From Blastocatellales bacterium (GTDB lineage Bacteria > Acidobacteriota > Blastocatellia > RBC074), in assembly GCA_050187295.1 (NCBI GenBank), contig JBFWXQ010000006.1:110296-174295 (forward strand): a stretch of 64,000 nucleotides of DNA, read 5' to 3'. Position numbers and translations under genes: made by a program. Of this stretch, positions 22,969-31,570 are shown one piece after another. The notes under the pieces were generated by a model that did not search any database, had not been told where the DNA came from, and worked only from the letters and a program-made list of their open reading frames with translations. How positions within the stretch are numbered: position 1 is the stretch's first letter; every line of letters starts with the position of its first letter.

Positions 22969-24105
22969 ATGAACGACCAGCAAAGTTTCGATCACCGGCA
23001 GAAACCTGAACCGTCCTTGCGCGAAGTCATTTTGCTGATGCTGATGGTTTCGATTGTTTTTGTCGCGGTTGTCGCGACTCTGGACGATTACACAACCCGC
23101 GCTGCTCAGGCGGGCGACAATCGGGTTTACGCAGAGCTTTCCGCGCTGATTCGGCATTGGGATTGGCGGCAGGTGAAAATCACTCCGCAATTCTGGGGAT
23201 TGTCATATGCGGCGGCGGCGTTGGCGGCGATAACATCGGTTAGCGACCTGACGGCAATCATCGTTATTTCAATCGTCTCGTCTTTTGTGACGCTTGCGCT
23301 CGCCTTTCGTCTGTGGGGCGGGTGGGTGGCGGCATTTTTCGCCGTCATCAGTTGGGATTGGATGCAGCGATCGTTGCTGGGCGGAGCTGAGCCTTTGTTT
23401 ATGGCTTGTTTGCTTGGAGCTTTTCTGGCCGTGCGCAAAGAGCGATGGTTGACGGCGGCGCTTCTGGCTTCACTGGCAACGACTGTAAGACCTCTGGGAT
23501 TGTTTGCGCTGATTGCGCTGGCCGTCGAGCTTGCCCGGCGTCGCAAAATTTCGACTCTTGGGTTGGCGGTCGCAGTGGGCCTGATTGTCGGAGCTTTATA
23601 CGTTCTGCCATTTCTGCACGCTTACGGAAATCCGCTGGTCAACGTGCAGGCTTACAGGTCTGAAGCCTGGGCGGGGCAATCTCCGATCAGTTGGCCGCTG
23701 GTGACGCTGGTGAAAGGTCTGGTCAGTAATGCCGGTGAACCGCTGGCGAATATGTTGAAAATCGCAGCCTGGGTTTTATTCACTCTGGCTGGCTCGATGG
23801 CAATGATTTTTTCGATGAACTTTCGCCGCTTTGCGCGCCAGCACGCGATGGAAGCCGTGTTCGCGGCGATCTATCTGCTGTTCCTTTTTTCATACAATTC
23901 GCCGCGCTGGGTGTGGGCTGAATTTCCGCGATTCGTCATTCCGGTCGTGCCGTTCCTGCTAATCGCGCTGAACGATTGGTTGCCGAAACATCGCGCTCTG
24001 TTGTGGAGCGCCGGAACGGTTTCGGCTTTGCTGGCGGCGGCTTCGGCCATCAACGCCCGACACGCCTGGCAGGAATTCGTCAAACTGATCGGCAACGCGT
24101 GGTGA
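22969..24105 (+). CDS. Polytopic membrane glycosyltransferase, GT-C (PIG-V/PMT-like)
   Basis: About 9-10 TM helices; GDNRVY in the first loop; AEPLF, RPLG and EFPRF motifs typical of lipid-phosphosugar-dependent GT-C enzymes. Confidence 0.6.
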   Translation: MNDQQSFDHRQKPEPSLREVILLMLMVSIVFVAVVATLDDYTTRAAQAGDNRVYAELSALIRHWDWRQVKITPQFWGLSYAAAALAAITSVSDLTAIIVISIVSSFVTLALAFRLWGGWVAAFFAVISWDWMQRSLLGGAEPLFMACLLGAFLAVRKERWLTAALLASLATTVRPLGLFALIALAVELARRRKISTLGLAVAVGLIVGALYVLPFLHAYGNPLVNVQAYRSEAWAGQSPISWPLVTLVKGLVSNAGEPLANMLKIAAWVLFTLAGSMAMIFSMNFRRFARQHAMEAVFAAIYLLFLFSYNSPRWVWAEFPRFVIPVVPFLLIALNDWLPKHRALLWSAGTVSALLAAASAINARHAWQEFVKLIGNAW

Positions 24106-25058
24106 TGAATAAACCTTCGGTCTTTGTCATCGTGCTGACTTACAACATGCGCGAAGTGGCGCGGCGTTGCCTGCATTCACTGAAAGCATTGCGCTATGCC
24201 AATCATCACCTGGTGGTGGTGGACAATGCTTCAACCGACGACACCGAAAAAATGATCCGCCGCGAATTTCCCGATCTGGCGTTCATTCAAACTGGCGTCA
24301 ATTCGGGTTACACGGGTGGCAACAATCGCGGCATTGAATACGCGATGGAACGCGGAGCCGATTACGTGGTTCTGCTCAATCCCGACACAGAGCTTGTCAA
24401 TCCGGATTTTCTGGACGAGATGGTCTTACACCTGGAAAATAATCCGCGCGTCGGCATCGCCGGGCCGCGCGTGTTTTTCCGTCAGACTGGCGTCGTGCAA
24501 AACACTGTGCTTTATCCGCCGGGGCTTTGGCGCAGCATGGTTCATTGGGTTCGTTACCGCATCAATCCACGCTTCGCGGAAAAATCAGGCGATGCAGAGC
24601 TTGATGCCAGGGTGTTGAATGGGGTCTGCGTGATTTTGCGCGCCGAATGTCTGAGGCAAATCGGATTGTTCGACGAAAACATTTTCATGTACATAGAAGA
24701 CGCCGATCTGGATTACCGCGCGCATCGGAGCGGTTGGCGCGTTCAATACCTGCCCATCAACAGCGTCATACACCACCAGAAAGCAGACGGTTATCACATG
24801 ACCAGCATGGTCAGTTTTCTGCTCAAAAGAAATTCGGTTTATTACCTGAGCAAAATCGGCAAGCCTGCGGACGCCTGGGGTTACGCGATTATTTCATTGC
24901 TGATGATGGCGGCGCGCGGCGTGCTTAGCTTCAATGCGCGATCGGCGCGCGAACATTTGGCGTTCTGTCGCAAACTGGCCGTGGCTTACAGGCAAATCCT
25001 GTTGCGGCAGAAACTCAATGCCGATTTCGGGCCTCCGTTCGGACAATGGGAACTATAG
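24105..25058 (+). CDS. Glycosyltransferase family 2 (WbbL/rhamnosyltransferase-like)
   Basis: Motifs VIVLTYN, VVDNASTD, NSGYTGGNNRG, LLNPD and FDENIFMYIEDADL. Confidence 0.87.
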   Translation: MNKPSVFVIVLTYNMREVARRCLHSLKALRYANHHLVVVDNASTDDTEKMIRREFPDLAFIQTGVNSGYTGGNNRGIEYAMERGADYVVLLNPDTELVNPDFLDEMVLHLENNPRVGIAGPRVFFRQTGVVQNTVLYPPGLWRSMVHWVRYRINPRFAEKSGDAELDARVLNGVCVILRAECLRQIGLFDENIFMYIEDADLDYRAHRSGWRVQYLPINSVIHHQKADGYHMTSMVSFLLKRNSVYYLSKIGKPADAWGYAIISLLMMAARGVLSFNARSAREHLAFCRKLAVAYRQILLRQKLNADFGPPFGQWEL

Positions 25059-25076
25059 ACATTGAAATAATTGAGC

Positions 25077-25197
25077 TTCACGCAAAGTCGAGAAGTCGCA
25101 AAGAACTGATGAAGTCGCAGGAGAAGGGTTGTTGTAACAAGTGACCTTTCAATCTCTCCCTAATTTCCGCTCGGCGTCTTTGCGGCTTCGCGTGAAA
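25077..25197. repeat. Second CGCAAAG-type inverted-repeat element
   Basis: Left arm ttcacgcaaagtcgagaagtcgcaaag; the right arm ctttgcggcttcgcgtgaaa is its imperfect reverse complement. Same family as 19774-19916. Confidence 0.7.
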
Positions 25198-25218
25198 TTT
25201 CTTTTTCTACAATGCTGT

Positions 25219-26814
25219 ATGGATAAAAGTTTGCTTCCTATTTATCTGTGTTTGGCTCTGTCCATTCCGATTTCGGCTCTAGCGCAATCCGGCACGGTCG
25301 AAAACATTCGCGCCGAAGCCTTGCGAAAAAATGACGGCGGCGTTCATCCGTTGCCGTTGATCGGCCATTGGAACATGGGGTTGCACGATGGTTTCAATCC
25401 CGATTACCAGATGCGAATGATCGCGGACGGCCATCATCTGTTGCCGTGGTTTCAATTTCCTGAAATCAATATTTCACCGGACGATCCGCGATGGCAGAAA
25501 TATTACGAAACAGCGTTCAAGCAGGCGGCGCGGTTGAAATTGCCAATTTCGCTGGTCGGCACTCAATGGGAAATTTTGCTGAGTTTTTCGGACGAGTATT
25601 TCAATTTGCCGCCGGATAAAAACCCCAACGTCGTCTCAGCCGACGGAACTGTCAGACGCCAGATCTCGCCGTTTGGCCCGATTGATGCCTGGCGCGAAGC
25701 GGGCAGGCGCTGGGCGGAAAGCGCGATGATGAAGAGGCTGCAAGCCTGGTATCCGAATCCGCCGCTGGCGCTGCTGATTTCCAATCACGAGCATTGGAAG
25801 CTGGAATGGAAAAAAGCTGAAGAGGATTTTCGTTTTGTGAAGCGGTATGGCAAAGGGCGCGACGACGATTTCAAACGCAAGACGGTCGGCGACGGATGGA
25901 TAGCGCGTTATCGCGCACTGCAGGAGGGAATGCGCGAAGGATTGAGCCAGGGTTGGCGCGAGAAAGTTCGCTTCATCGCTTATGACGCCTTCGGCCCGCC
26001 GCATTTCGCGCGATGGGAAGGATGGCTGGAACATTCGCTGTACACCGCCGGACGCATTGATCCCTGGCCTTCGGCATGGGACGGGGCTTCGCCGTCGTTT
26101 TATCTTTTCAATTGGAGCGGGATAAACGATTTCACAGTCTTCAGCCCGCAGATCGAAGCGATGAATTGGCGGTTTATGCTGGCCGAAATAGAGCGCGAAA
26201 ATCCGCAGTTCTGGTTCGAGCTTGGCGTCTGGGACGGCCACGAACCTGAGATGGCTAACGACAAAAGAAAATTTTACGAGCGATTGGGACAGCCATTCAC
26301 GCCGGAACGTTATGCCGGAATGGCGCAATTCGGAATGTGGTTGATGCGTCCGCGCGTCGTGCGCGAATTTCGCGGTTATCGCGACACGGTCGCGGAAATG
26401 GAACCGTACTTCCTGCCGCTGGTCGAAGCGGTTGATCGAATTCACAAAAACGCCGTGCTGCGCGATTTCTGGCGCAGCGGAAATCTGGTCGCCAATCGAG
26501 CGCATCAGCATCCATATCAAACTCGCGTGCCGGAGGAATATCAAAAAGTTGACCGCTGGTTTCTGCTGGACACTTCGCTGGACGCGCCGCGCCCATGGGG
26601 ATTGAACACGCAGATTCCGGTTTTCGCTTTGGCGCTGGTCAAAGGGCAGGCTCCGCATCGGCAATGGTTGATTTACGGCCACTCGCCAACCGGACAGAAA
26701 AAAGACGTCCGTCTGACCATTCCCGGATTCAGATCAGTCGCCGCAGACATTGCCGTCAAAGGATCGTTTTATCTGGTGGACGAAAAAAACGGTCGCGCAC
26801 AGGCGGTGAATTGA
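25219..26814 (+). CDS. Secreted Trp/aromatic-rich protein of unknown function
   Basis: Long ORF co-oriented in the operon, with signal peptide MDKSLLPIYLCLALSIPISALA-Q. No family motif recognised. Confidence 0.7.
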   Translation: MDKSLLPIYLCLALSIPISALAQSGTVENIRAEALRKNDGGVHPLPLIGHWNMGLHDGFNPDYQMRMIADGHHLLPWFQFPEINISPDDPRWQKYYETAFKQAARLKLPISLVGTQWEILLSFSDEYFNLPPDKNPNVVSADGTVRRQISPFGPIDAWREAGRRWAESAMMKRLQAWYPNPPLALLISNHEHWKLEWKKAEEDFRFVKRYGKGRDDDFKRKTVGDGWIARYRALQEGMREGLSQGWREKVRFIAYDAFGPPHFARWEGWLEHSLYTAGRIDPWPSAWDGASPSFYLFNWSGINDFTVFSPQIEAMNWRFMLAEIERENPQFWFELGVWDGHEPEMANDKRKFYERLGQPFTPERYAGMAQFGMWLMRPRVVREFRGYRDTVAEMEPYFLPLVEAVDRIHKNAVLRDFWRSGNLVANRAHQHPYQTRVPEEYQKVDRWFLLDTSLDAPRPWGLNTQIPVFALALVKGQAPHRQWLIYGHSPTGQKKDVRLTIPGFRSVAADIAVKGSFYLVDEKNGRAQAVN

Positions 26815-26817
26815 ACG

Positions 26818-27993
26818 ATGCGCGTGCTGCTGTTGAACAATGTGCCTGCGCCTTATTTCGATCCGCTGTTTGAAACGCTGGCGCAGAAATCCGGTTGGGA
26901 ATTGACGGTTTGTTATTCTGCCAACTGGAATCAGGATGTCGGATGGAAAGAGAAAGCCCCTCATTTCAACGAGGCGCATCGAACGATCATTCTGGATCAG
27001 CAAAATCCCGGTTTGAAATCCCTGCTTGGTTCAGCCATTGCGGCATCGGCAACTCTGTTTCAAATGCTTTTAAGAGAACGCCCCCAATATCTGCTGATTT
27101 ATGGTTACACTTTGCTGCCGCAATTGACGGCGATTTTGTGGGCGATGATCAGCGGAACTCTGTTTGCTGTGGCGGGCGACGCCAACTTTTATCTGGATAA
27201 GGCAACGGGATGGAAACGTTCGATCAAAACTTTCTGGCTGCGGATGGTCGCGCGACGCGCTGCTGCGCTGATTTGTAATGGCACTGCCAATCGTTTGTTC
27301 TGGCAATCGTATGGCGCGCAAACAGAAAAATTGTATGAAGCGCGTTTTGCAGTGGACAATGAATACTTCGCCCATTTAAGCGAAGCGCGCAAAGACGATG
27401 CGATAGAGTTGCAGCGGCGGTTGGGAATCCTGAACAAAATCGTTTTTCTGTTCGTTGGCCGTTTGGTCAAACGCAAGAATGTGGATTTGATCATTCGCGC
27501 CACCCGGCAATTGGATAATGAACGCATTGCCGTCGTCATCGCCGGTTCGGGCGAAGAACGCGAAGCTTTGGAAAAACTGGCGGCGGACGATCCTCGCATA
27601 TTTTTTTCCGGCAATGTCGCGCAGACGGAATTGCCGTTATATTACGCGCTGGCCGATGTATTGTTGCTGCCTGCGGCGAATGAGCCGTGGGGGTTGGTGG
27701 TCAACGAAGCGATGGCTTGCGGTTTGGCCATCATCGCTCACAAACATTGCGGAGCGGCGGTTGATCTGGTGGGTTCGGACAATGGCATCGCGCTGGAAAG
27801 TTTTTCCGTCAACGAACTGGCTGAGGCGATGAAAAAGGTTGCAGGTGATGCCGCCTTGCTCGATTTGATGCAAAAACGCTCGCGCGAAAAAATCGCGGAT
27901 TGGACAATCGACTCGGCTTCACAGGGAATCATTATGGCTGTTGAAAGCTCGGCATATAAACGCCCCGTTGAGCTTTCCAATACTGCAAGGTAA
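26818..27993 (+). CDS. Glycosyltransferase family 4
   Basis: Motifs NVPAPY, FAVDN, FVGRLVKRKN and EPWGLVVNEAMACGL. Confidence 0.9.
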   Translation: MRVLLLNNVPAPYFDPLFETLAQKSGWELTVCYSANWNQDVGWKEKAPHFNEAHRTIILDQQNPGLKSLLGSAIAASATLFQMLLRERPQYLLIYGYTLLPQLTAILWAMISGTLFAVAGDANFYLDKATGWKRSIKTFWLRMVARRAAALICNGTANRLFWQSYGAQTEKLYEARFAVDNEYFAHLSEARKDDAIELQRRLGILNKIVFLFVGRLVKRKNVDLIIRATRQLDNERIAVVIAGSGEEREALEKLAADDPRIFFSGNVAQTELPLYYALADVLLLPAANEPWGLVVNEAMACGLAIIAHKHCGAAVDLVGSDNGIALESFSVNELAEAMKKVAGDAALLDLMQKRSREKIADWTIDSASQGIIMAVESSAYKRPVELSNTAR

Positions 27994-28004
27994 ATCAAAA
28001 AACG

Positions 28005-29411
28005 ATGAGTCCGACAATCATCATCATTACAATTGTCGCCAGTTTTTTATGGCTGTTGCGATACCGTTTTCAGGATAACTTCCTGCGGGCATACGGATTC
28101 TTTTTCCTGATACTGGTGGTTTATTCGACTAACAAGGCCTATTACGGCATTTCGGCGGATATGTCCGAATCCATGCTCAGCCCCTTGAGTCTGGTGCGTT
28201 GGGGATTGCTGTTTGTTTTCGCGTGGTTCGCCTGGCGAACAAAAATGCCCGGCGGTTTTCGCTCGGATGTGGCGATGGTCGCTCTGTCTGTGTTGTTGCT
28301 GGCCGATATGCTGGCTTCGGCTTTTTACGCCGCGGATTTCAATTATTCGTTTTTGCGCGCAATCAGTTTCGTGCTGCTGGCTTTCGCGGTCATGAAAGGC
28401 ATGACTTTTCATTTGTTCAACAGCGTCAATTGCCTGCGGTTTTTCCAACTGAAATATTACACCGCCTGGATCATGATCGCCCCGGCACTGTTGATGCTGC
28501 TTTCCGGACTTGGTTACGGCATCACGATCATTGCCAATCAATATGCTGGATTTTTCGGCAACCAGAATATGTACGGCGCTTTTTCGGCGCTTATCATTCC
28601 TTACGTTCTGTTCCATTGGCGCGCCGTGGCACAAAAGAAATGGGAGAAATGGGCGGACGGAACCTTGTTGATGATGATCTTTATCGGAGTCTGGTTTTCC
28701 AATTCCCGCAACGGAATGCTTTCGACCGTCATCGCCGTGTCCACATACTTTTTTGTCATCAACCTGCAAAGCCGTATCAAGATTGTCGCTGCGGCGATCT
28801 GCGTACTGCTGGCATTGGCGATTTCTCCAACGCTGCAAAATGACCTGCTTGGTTTTGTCCGCAAGGGGATGGACAAAACCACTCAAGTGGAAGACCTGTC
28901 TTCACAATTGACCCAGGAAGAGCGCGTCAAAATGTGGACCGGTGTGTTGCCGGAATTCTGGAAAAGAAAGCTGACCGGTTACGGATTCGCCGCTTCGCAC
29001 CTGCTGGTTTTCCCCTTCACTCGCGACGAAGAAGCCGGGCGAATGTTGCACAACAGTTATCTGGAAGTTTTCGGCGATCTGGGATTGCCCGGAATGATTT
29101 TGCTGTTCCTGATCATCGTCCGCATCGGCGCGAAGGCGGTTGGTTTGATTCAGACGCGCGGCGAACCGTTTGAGCGACACATCAATGCCGTCTTCATCTC
29201 TGTTTTCGCAGCCGGAACGATCAACGCATTTTTTGAAAGCTGGATGTTTTCCGTCGGCAACCTGACTTCTTTGATGTATTGGGCACCTGTCGTCGGCATA
29301 GTCGCGCGCTGGGCATGGCAGCCAGCAACTGTCCGCGAAGCATTGAAAAATCCGATCACGCAAATGGTTTCGCCGGTCGGGAAATTACAACCTCAACTCG
29401 GTCGAAAGTGA
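28005..29411 (+). CDS. O-antigen ligase/polymerase family (Wzy_C) membrane protein
   Basis: About 12 TM helices; motifs G.FGNQN, SNSRNG, R..MW, GYGF and LHNSYLEVFGDLGLPG. Confidence 0.82.
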   Translation: MSPTIIIITIVASFLWLLRYRFQDNFLRAYGFFFLILVVYSTNKAYYGISADMSESMLSPLSLVRWGLLFVFAWFAWRTKMPGGFRSDVAMVALSVLLLADMLASAFYAADFNYSFLRAISFVLLAFAVMKGMTFHLFNSVNCLRFFQLKYYTAWIMIAPALLMLLSGLGYGITIIANQYAGFFGNQNMYGAFSALIIPYVLFHWRAVAQKKWEKWADGTLLMMIFIGVWFSNSRNGMLSTVIAVSTYFFVINLQSRIKIVAAAICVLLALAISPTLQNDLLGFVRKGMDKTTQVEDLSSQLTQEERVKMWTGVLPEFWKRKLTGYGFAASHLLVFPFTRDEEAGRMLHNSYLEVFGDLGLPGMILLFLIIVRIGAKAVGLIQTRGEPFERHINAVFISVFAAGTINAFFESWMFSVGNLTSLMYWAPVVGIVARWAWQPATVREALKNPITQMVSPVGKLQPQLGRK

Positions 29412-29421
29412 GTGCTGGCGC

Positions 29422-30618
29422 GTGGCTCGAATACTGATCAATGCGCTGGCTTCGACGGCTGGCGGCGGCATCACTTATCTGAGAAACGTTTTGCCGCGAC
29501 TGGCCAGATTCGATTTGGAAAACCAGTATCTGGTGATCGTGCCCGCGCAACTGCTCAACGATTACTCGCATTTCGCCAGCGAACGTTTGGCCATTGAAAC
29601 CATCGCCGGAGCCAATCGCACGGCAACGCGAATGATGATGGAGCAAACCGGACTTAAAGCTTTGATCCGTCGGCGCGAAATGCAGGCTCTGGTTTCGCTC
29701 GGCAATTTCGCGATGCTGGCTTCACCCGTTCCGCAAATTCTGTTCAATCGCAACGACCTGCTTTTCTCCGCGCGCTTCGAAGCGGATTTGAGGCAACGCA
29801 ATTTGCGCCGGTCGTTGCTGGCTCACAAACTGAAAAGCTGGCTGGCCAAGCAATCAATCAAACAGGCAACGGTCAACGTCACGCCGACAGCAGCCTTTGC
29901 TGATCGAATCAAATCACACCGCAAATTGCAGCACATCGAATTTGAAACCTTGCAGTTCGGGTTCGATCGCGATGGTTTCACATCGAATCAGAATCCGCTG
30001 CCTGAATCCACAATCGCCAAATTGAATTTGAACGACGACTGCCGCCGCCTGCTGTTCGTCAGCCATTACAATTACTTTCGCAATTTCGAGACGCTGATCC
30101 GCGCTTTGCCGATCATCAAATCCGGATTGAAACAGCAAACCGGCGAAAATGTGCAACTGGTTTTGACTACGGACATCCGGCGCGGAGCCAGTTACGGCGG
30201 ATACGATGCGACTGCGGCGGCGGAATTGATTGACAGGCTGGGCGTCCGCGGTGACATAGCCATGCTCGGCGCGGTCGAATACGACAAGCTGCATCAAATT
30301 TACCGGCACTGTGATGTTTTCGTTTGCCCGTCATATTCCGAAAGTTTCGGGCATCCGCTGGTCGAAGCGATGGCTTCGGGCGTGCCGGTCGTTTCGGCGG
30401 ATTTGCCCGTGCATCGCGAAATCTGCGGCGAAGCGGCGGTTTACTTCGACGTGTTTGATGAAAACGATCTGGCAGGAAAATGTTTGCGAGCTTTGACCGA
30501 GAATGATTGGCATCAACAGATGAAAGCGGCCGGGTTGACTCGCAGCCGCCAGTTTTCGTGGGACGAACACGTTCGGCAATTGATCGCCCTGATCAACCGC
30601 GTCGTCGCAACGGCATAA
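29422..30618 (+). CDS. Glycosyltransferase family 4
   Basis: Motifs GGGITY, FRNFETL, ESFGHPLVEAMASGVPVV and FSWD. Confidence 0.88.
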   Translation: MARILINALASTAGGGITYLRNVLPRLARFDLENQYLVIVPAQLLNDYSHFASERLAIETIAGANRTATRMMMEQTGLKALIRRREMQALVSLGNFAMLASPVPQILFNRNDLLFSARFEADLRQRNLRRSLLAHKLKSWLAKQSIKQATVNVTPTAAFADRIKSHRKLQHIEFETLQFGFDRDGFTSNQNPLPESTIAKLNLNDDCRRLLFVSHYNYFRNFETLIRALPIIKSGLKQQTGENVQLVLTTDIRRGASYGGYDATAAAELIDRLGVRGDIAMLGAVEYDKLHQIYRHCDVFVCPSYSESFGHPLVEAMASGVPVVSADLPVHREICGEAAVYFDVFDENDLAGKCLRALTENDWHQQMKAAGLTRSRQFSWDEHVRQLIALINRVVATA

Positions 30619-30629
30619 GGCAAACAACA

Positions 30630-31568
30630 ATGACAGCGCATCAAAGCAAACTTCCTGTTTCCGTCATAGTTCCTGTCAAAAACGAAGAGCGCAACATCAC
30701 GGCCTGTCTGGAAAGCATCGCTTGGGCGGATGACATCTGGGTTGTTGATTCGCACAGCACGGATAGCACCTGCGAAATCGCCCTTCAGCATCAAGCGCGT
30801 GTGGCGCAGTTCGATTACGCCGGAGGTTTTCCAAAAAAGAAAAACTGGGCGCTTCAGAATTTGCCGCTCAAACACGAATGGGTGTTATTGCTTGACGCCG
30901 ACGAACGCGTGATGCCGGAATTGCAGGCCGAAATAACAGAAATCCTGAACGCCCCTGAACAGGCGGACGGTTATTACATCAACCGGCGGCTGATTTTTCT
31001 TGGCCGCTGGATCAAACATTGCGGATGGTATCCGAGCTGGAATCTGCGGCTGTTCAAACACCGGCTGGGGCGTTTTGAAAGGCTGGAAGCGGAAGACGTG
31101 GAAAACGCCGGTGACGTCGAAGTCCACGAACACGTTCTGCTGGACGGACACGCCGAGTATTTGAAACACGATCTGCTGCACGAAGATTTCAAAAGCATTT
31201 ACCATTTCATCGAACGCCATAATCGTTACTCGAATTGGGACGCGCGCGTTTACGCCAATCTGGCCGGCGGGCTGGCCGGATCGCAAAGTATCAACGCTTC
31301 GTTGTTCGGTTCGCCGCTGGAACGCAAACGATTCATCAAACGAATGTGGGCGCGTTTTCCCTTTCGCCCCTTGCTGCGTTTTCTGTGGATGTACGTCGTC
31401 AAGTTCGGTTTTCTGGATGGCCGTCCGGGTTTGATTTTCTGCACGCTGATGACCATGCACGAAGCGGTGATTTCAGCCAAGATTTACGAAATGAAACTTT
31501 CGATTGCGGATTACGGATTGCGCGTTGCGGATTCAAATACCAACCAGCGTCCACCGTCCACCAACTGA
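30630..31568 (+). CDS. Glycosyltransferase family 2 (WaaE/KdtX-like)
   Basis: Motifs VSVIVPVKNEE, VDSHSTD, WVLLLDADE, VHEH and FLDGRPG. Confidence 0.87.
   Translation: MTAHQSKLPVSVIVPVKNEERNITACLESIAWADDIWVVDSHSTDSTCEIALQHQARVAQFDYAGGFPKKKNWALQNLPLKHEWVLLLDADERVMPELQAEITEILNAPEQADGYYINRRLIFLGRWIKHCGWYPSWNLRLFKHRLGRFERLEAEDVENAGDVEVHEHVLLDGHAEYLKHDLLHEDFKSIYHFIERHNRYSNWDARVYANLAGGLAGSQSINASLFGSPLERKRFIKRMWARFPFRPLLRFLWMYVVKFGFLDGRPGLIFCTLMTMHEAVISAKIYEMKLSIADYGLRVADSNTNQRPPSTN
31502..31568. repeat. Heptamer tandem repeats at the gene 3' end
   Basis: GATTGCG GATTACG GATTGCG CGTTGCG (31502-31529), then CGTCCAC CGTCCAC CAACTGA (31548-31568). Confidence 0.6.
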
Positions 31569-31570
31569 CT

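Noticed and set aside
19774-25197. Possible CRISPR array from the recurring repeats
   Set aside because: The copies are kilobases apart, imperfect and inverted. There is no regular repeat-spacer period and no cas gene.
31235-31570. N-terminal extensions in the ORF track for asnB2 and others (12469, 17330, 23976, 30507, 59278, 61172)
   Set aside because: They overlap upstream genes or precede the family's conserved N-terminus (for example MCG of AsnB), so downstream starts were used.
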